Positions 60,389 to 64,000 of a stretch of 64,000 nt of DNA are shown piece after piece. The position numbers and the translations under genes were made by a program. How positions within the stretch are numbered: the stretch's first letter is position 1; each line of letters begins with the position of its first letter. The stretch is taken from NCBI GenBank assembly GCA_002269645.1, contig NIVC01000172.1, positions 1 through 64,000 on the forward strand, written 5' to 3'. This DNA comes from Macrostomum lignano. Lineage: Eukaryota. The notes below the pieces were generated by a model, which did not search any database, was not told where the DNA came from, and saw only the letters and a list, made by a program, of their open reading frames with translations.

Positions 60389-63300
60389 TTTTGAAGAGCT
60401 GCTCAATCTGATTTTCCTAACTTCAATTCTATGGCAAGCTCTGCTTACCATAGCCGACCGGAACGGCCTGTGGCCAGCCATAGACTTATAGAGACTTTCC
60501 TCACTCGCGAAAGTTTAGGTTTGGATTGGAGTGTCAGCGTGGTAAGCACTGCTTACCATCAGACTGCTGGCGGTTAAGCTATGGGATTTAAGCTATGGGA
60601 TTTAAGCTATGGGATTTAAACTATGAGATTTTACCTATGGGATTTTAGCTATGGGATTTGAGCTATGGGATCTGAGCTATGGGATTTTATATGGGATCTA
60701 AGCTATGAGATTTGAGCTATCGGATCTGAGGCTTTTTAATCTGAGCTATGGGGCATGAGCCCAACAAGCATGGCAAACACTGCCCACCTGCCAATAGGCA
60801 GCCACACCAGCAGGCTGATGAATGACCACAACAACAGACTCGCTCGATTGTCCTCCTTGAACGCCAGCATCCAGCGGATGCGCTGCAACTGCCGGGTCCG
60901 CACTCCACCAATTCGATGGATTTTCATCGCCCAAGTCTCCGATCAGGCCACCGACGCCCCAGGAGGTCAGCACGCGCCCGCAGTCGCGGCTGACAACGCC
61001 GAACAAGACAGCCGAACGTGTCAAAGGCAGCGCAAGGCTGAGCACTTCTCCAACCGTAGGAAACGTCCGCAGCAGAGTGCGCTGACCAACCGACCAAGCC
61101 TGAACTTCGCTTAGAAATCCGACAAACAGAATTCGATCCTGACGGTCCACCTGACCGCACCTGGCAGGCTCTGCACTGCCGAAATTAATCTTCTCCGCCC
61201 TGGCTCGCCGACCACCTGTCAGTTTGCCAATCGACTCGAATCGAATCGATTTCTCGCAAACAAAGTAGATCCGGTTTTCGGTGACCAGCGTCTCCATGGC
61301 AACGGTGGCACTGCTTGCGTCGGTCCAGTCAAACAAGCGGCCGTTGCCGGCGAAACGCAACGGTCGGATTCGATCGATCAGGTAAAACGCCGGCCGACAA
61401 TCCGGACAAACTATCACGGATTTGACAATTGCGTCATTGCCTTGTCCGGTTGTCATGGGAACCAGTTTGAGCAAGCCTTGAAAACAATCGCTATCAGGCT
61501 GTTCCAGAAAGATTCGATCAACTACAAAGGCTTTCAGTTCGCTAGCAGAGGAAGTCAGCGATACCAATTCGAAGCAGAGACTGGCGGAGTCCGAGGCTGC
61601 GGTCCAAGCGATCAGGCAAGTCCGCGAGTCCACAAAGCAGGCGCCAGCCGGAACTGGGAAGTCTCGGTTTCTCAACGCGCAGCTCTGACTCGGATTTGCT
61701 GACTCAGCATCGACAACAAGCAGCTCAGCGTTGGAGAGTCTGTCGTGAGAAGAATCCTGTTCCACTGGCAGACAAAGCAGAATGCTCAAACGACCAGCAA
61801 AGTCGCTTGCAATCAAGCCAAACTGCTGCTTTGCTGGCAGACTTTCTTCGGAAGGAAATTTCCTACAGCTGTCAGCTCGATCGGTTTCCAAGTCTTCGTC
61901 GATCTCATCGATTTCTCGTCTATTATCGAGCTCGAGAAGCCGTCTCAGCAGCGGCCTTGCAGACTTGACATCCCAGACCGTCAGCAGGCCGCAGTCTCCA
62001 CTAAGCGTCACAATTGAATCAGAGTTGGGACAAACAAAGAAGCAGCCATTGTCCATCTCGGTGGATAATGTTTCAGCACGCGTTGTCAAGCGGCCTAGCA
62101 ACCGATCAACGTCTGGCTCCCAGATCTCTAGGGCGTCGGTGGCGGTGAAGCTGCTTGCCGACGGCGTCGAGGTGAGCACCACTACTGAGCGACCGTCGGA
62201 GCTTGCGCAGATGACGCGGCTGACGACGCGGTAGCCATCGAGTGCACTGCGGGTTAGCGAGTGTGCCTTGCAGCGATAAAATGACAATGGTAGCTAAAGT
62301 TTTGTCATGGTAGCCAATAGTTGTCATGAAGGCTATGGTTACTATGGTATCTAAAATTTCCACAGTAAATATGGGTTGCTACGGTAGCTAAGGGTTGCTA
62401 CGGTAGCTAAGGGTTGCTACGGTAGCTAAGGGTTGCTACGGTAGCTAAGGGTTGCTACGGTAGTTAAGGTTTTATATGGTAGCTAAGGGTTGCTACGGTA
62501 GCTAAGGGTTGCTATGGTAGCTAAGGGTTGCTATGGCAACTAAGGGTTGCTACGGTAGCTAAGGTTTGCTATGGTAACTAAGGGTTGCTATAGTAGCTAA
62601 GGTTTGCTACGGTAGCTAAGGGTTACTACGGTAGCTAAGGGTTGCTACGGTAGCTAAGGTTTGCTACGGTAGCTAAGGGTTGCTATGGTAGCTAACGGTT
62701 GCTATGGTAGCTAACGGTTGCTATGGTAGCTAACGGTTAATACGGTAGCTAAGAATTTCCACAGTTACTAAGGGTTGCTACGGCAGCTAAGGGTTGCTAT
62801 GGTAGCTAACGGTTGCTATGGTAGCTAACGGTTGCTATGGTAGCTAACGGTTAATACGGTAGCTAAGAATTTCCACAGTTACTAAGGGTTGCTACGGCAG
62901 CTAAGAGTTTCTATGGTAGCTAACGGTTGCCAAGGCAGCTAAGGTTTGCGATGTTAGCTAAGGGTTTCTATGTAAAAATATTGCTTCCAGATTACAATGC
63001 AATGGCAACTTCTTAATTTTGTTGCTATGGAAACCTAGGTGTAGCAACTAATGAATAAAACACTAGCGCAAACCCACCTCATCAGCTGCAGACCATCCTG
63101 TACCGAGGCCACCGGCACGCACGCATTCAGAGGTACCATCGCCGCCTCATCACCTTCAACGAAGTGGCCTTCAGATGCGGCAGCCATGCGAGCATCTTGA
63201 ACGAATCGCATTGTCCAAGGACCTTCCACCGCCACAGCGTCACAGCGAGCCAAAAGCTCCGCCGGCAGAGACCGCCGCTGAGCATCGCCAGGAGTCACAG

Positions 63301-63539
63301 CTGCCAGAATCGAAGCCAGGACTTCAAACAGCCGTTCAGATTCGAAGTCCCTACGAGCCGCGATCCGGCAGTCTTCTAGGAGAGCGCGCAGGCCAAGCGC
63401 TCTCTGCTTAGAGACCAGCCAGTCCAGATTAAAGCACACTTTGGATTTGTAAGCCTGCAGAAGCAGCTCGGACTGATGCAGATTTGCTGCCTTGTCGGCC
63501 AGGTTTGACTTGGCAGAGCTGATCGGTGCGGACACACAA
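53919..63539 (-). CDS. NACHT/WD40 (NWD1/NWD2-like) protein, 3' part; 5' exons lie beyond the window
   Basis: Exons 63539-63078, 62246-60788, 56890-56455, 55428-55178, 54890-54609, 54161-53919 with consistent phases (2, 0, 1, 0 via GC donor, 0). CFNLDWLVSK..ALLED and PAELLAR (NWD-type helical region), then WD repeats (CGADGRAGFW, TASRDGTLRVW, LSPDSRHAI). The NACHT domain itself is not in the window. Confidence 0.75.
54230..54560. repeat. Degenerate ~30-bp repeat (AAAAGTACA core)
   Basis: Recurring ctaaaagtacatcaa..acatctcta units in an intron. Confidence 0.75.
55033..55150. repeat. Unidentified bipartite dispersed repeat, copy C
   Basis: CTGCCCATTCCGCTGAC...GTGCCTTGGGGGTTGGCCCTCACGGCTGTGAATCGCACG inside the GC-AG intron. 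Confidence 0.6.
55570..56312. repeat. (GGAAT/GGATT)n pentanucleotide satellite
   Basis: Direct repeat in an intron. Confidence 0.93.
57050..58036. repeat. 14-bp minisatellite GGGAT(C/T)TG(T/A)GCTAT, left part
   Basis: Array continues at 60578-60750 after the piggyBac insertion. Confidence 0.95.
58037..60577 (+). mobile_element. piggyBac (PGBD4-like) transposon, full length, TTAA target duplication
   Basis: TTAA at 58037-58040 and 60574-60577; ends begin CC and end GG; subterminal inverted repeats at 58073-58110 and 60436-60470; removing the element restores the host repeat gctatgggatTTAAgctatggg. Confidence 0.93.
58240..59928 (+). pseudogene. piggyBac transposase with two in-frame TAA stops (~562 codons)
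   Basis: Single frame; VDESL, VDKWF and GGVDRMD triad; C-terminal CRVC..CPEC..LC..CF..WH cysteine-rich domain; stops at 58744-58746 and 59596-59598. Confidence 0.93.
60578..60750. repeat. 14-bp minisatellite, right part
   Basis: Same unit as 57050-58036. Confidence 0.93.
62380..62960. repeat. 19-bp minisatellite GGTAGCTAAGGGTTGCTAC
   Basis: Fills the intron between exons 63539-63078 and 62246-60788. Confidence 0.93.
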
Positions 63540-63624
63540 CTGTAGGGTTTATTTCGAAAATTTAATCAGCTGTGTTAATACTCCATAAAATTTGATATTC
63601 ATTGCTGAAGTTAAATGATCAGAT

Positions 63625-64000
63625 AGACACAGACAGACACACTTTGTGTCCTAGCTCACAAGAGACAGATAGACACACTTTGTGTCCTAGCTCACAAGAC
63701 ACAGACAGAAACACTTTGTGTCCTAGCTCACAAGACACAGACAGACACACTTTGTGTCCTAGCTCATAAGGCACAGACACAGTTTGTGTCCTAGCTCACA
63801 AGACACAGATAGACACACTTTGTGTCCTAGCTCATAAGACACAGACAGACATACTTTGTGTCCTAGCTCATAAGACACAGACAGACACACTTTGTGTCAT
63901 AGTTCATAAGACACAGACAGACACACTTTGTGTCCTAGCTCATAAGACACAGACAGACATACTTTGTGTCCTAGCTCACAAGACACAGATAGACACACTT
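63625..64000. repeat. 36-bp minisatellite GACACAGACAGACACACTTTGTGTCCTAGCTCACAA
   Basis: Tandem array running off the window end. Confidence 0.93.

Noticed and set aside
34671-63539. TLR + ASTE1 + NWD-like genes as an innate-immunity cluster
   Set aside because: Only proximity supports it; unrelated genes are interspersed, and no shared regulation is visible.

Overview
Eukaryotic (animal) genomic DNA: GC3-rich exons, GT-AG introns and many minisatellites. The style resembles a free-living flatworm such as Macrostomum (inference only, not verifiable here). Genes reconstructed by hand, with phase-consistent splicing: a GRD-like Cys-loop receptor subunit (-), an ARMC10-like protein (-), a dynein light chain (-), an intronless GLUT-type transporter with one frameshift (+), a ~1357-aa multi-cysteine-cluster Toll-like receptor with apparently two tandem TIR domains (-), an evectin/PLEKHB-like PH protein (-, 5' exon not found), ASTE1 (-) and the 3' part of an NWD-like WD40 gene (-). 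Mobile DNA: two IS630/Tc1-like transposase remnants plus a MITE sharing their TIR, a full-length piggyBac with two nonsense codons, tRNA-derived CORE-type SINEs, and an unidentified bipartite dispersed repeat. About 25 tandem arrays, many with 19-23 bp units, fill most long introns. Best leads: the double-TIR TLR, the acidic pore (D-1', E2') of the GRD-like channel, the inverted Tc1-like ends bracketing the dynein light chain gene, and a minisatellite derived from a transposon TIR. No database searches were run; all homology calls are motif recognition.
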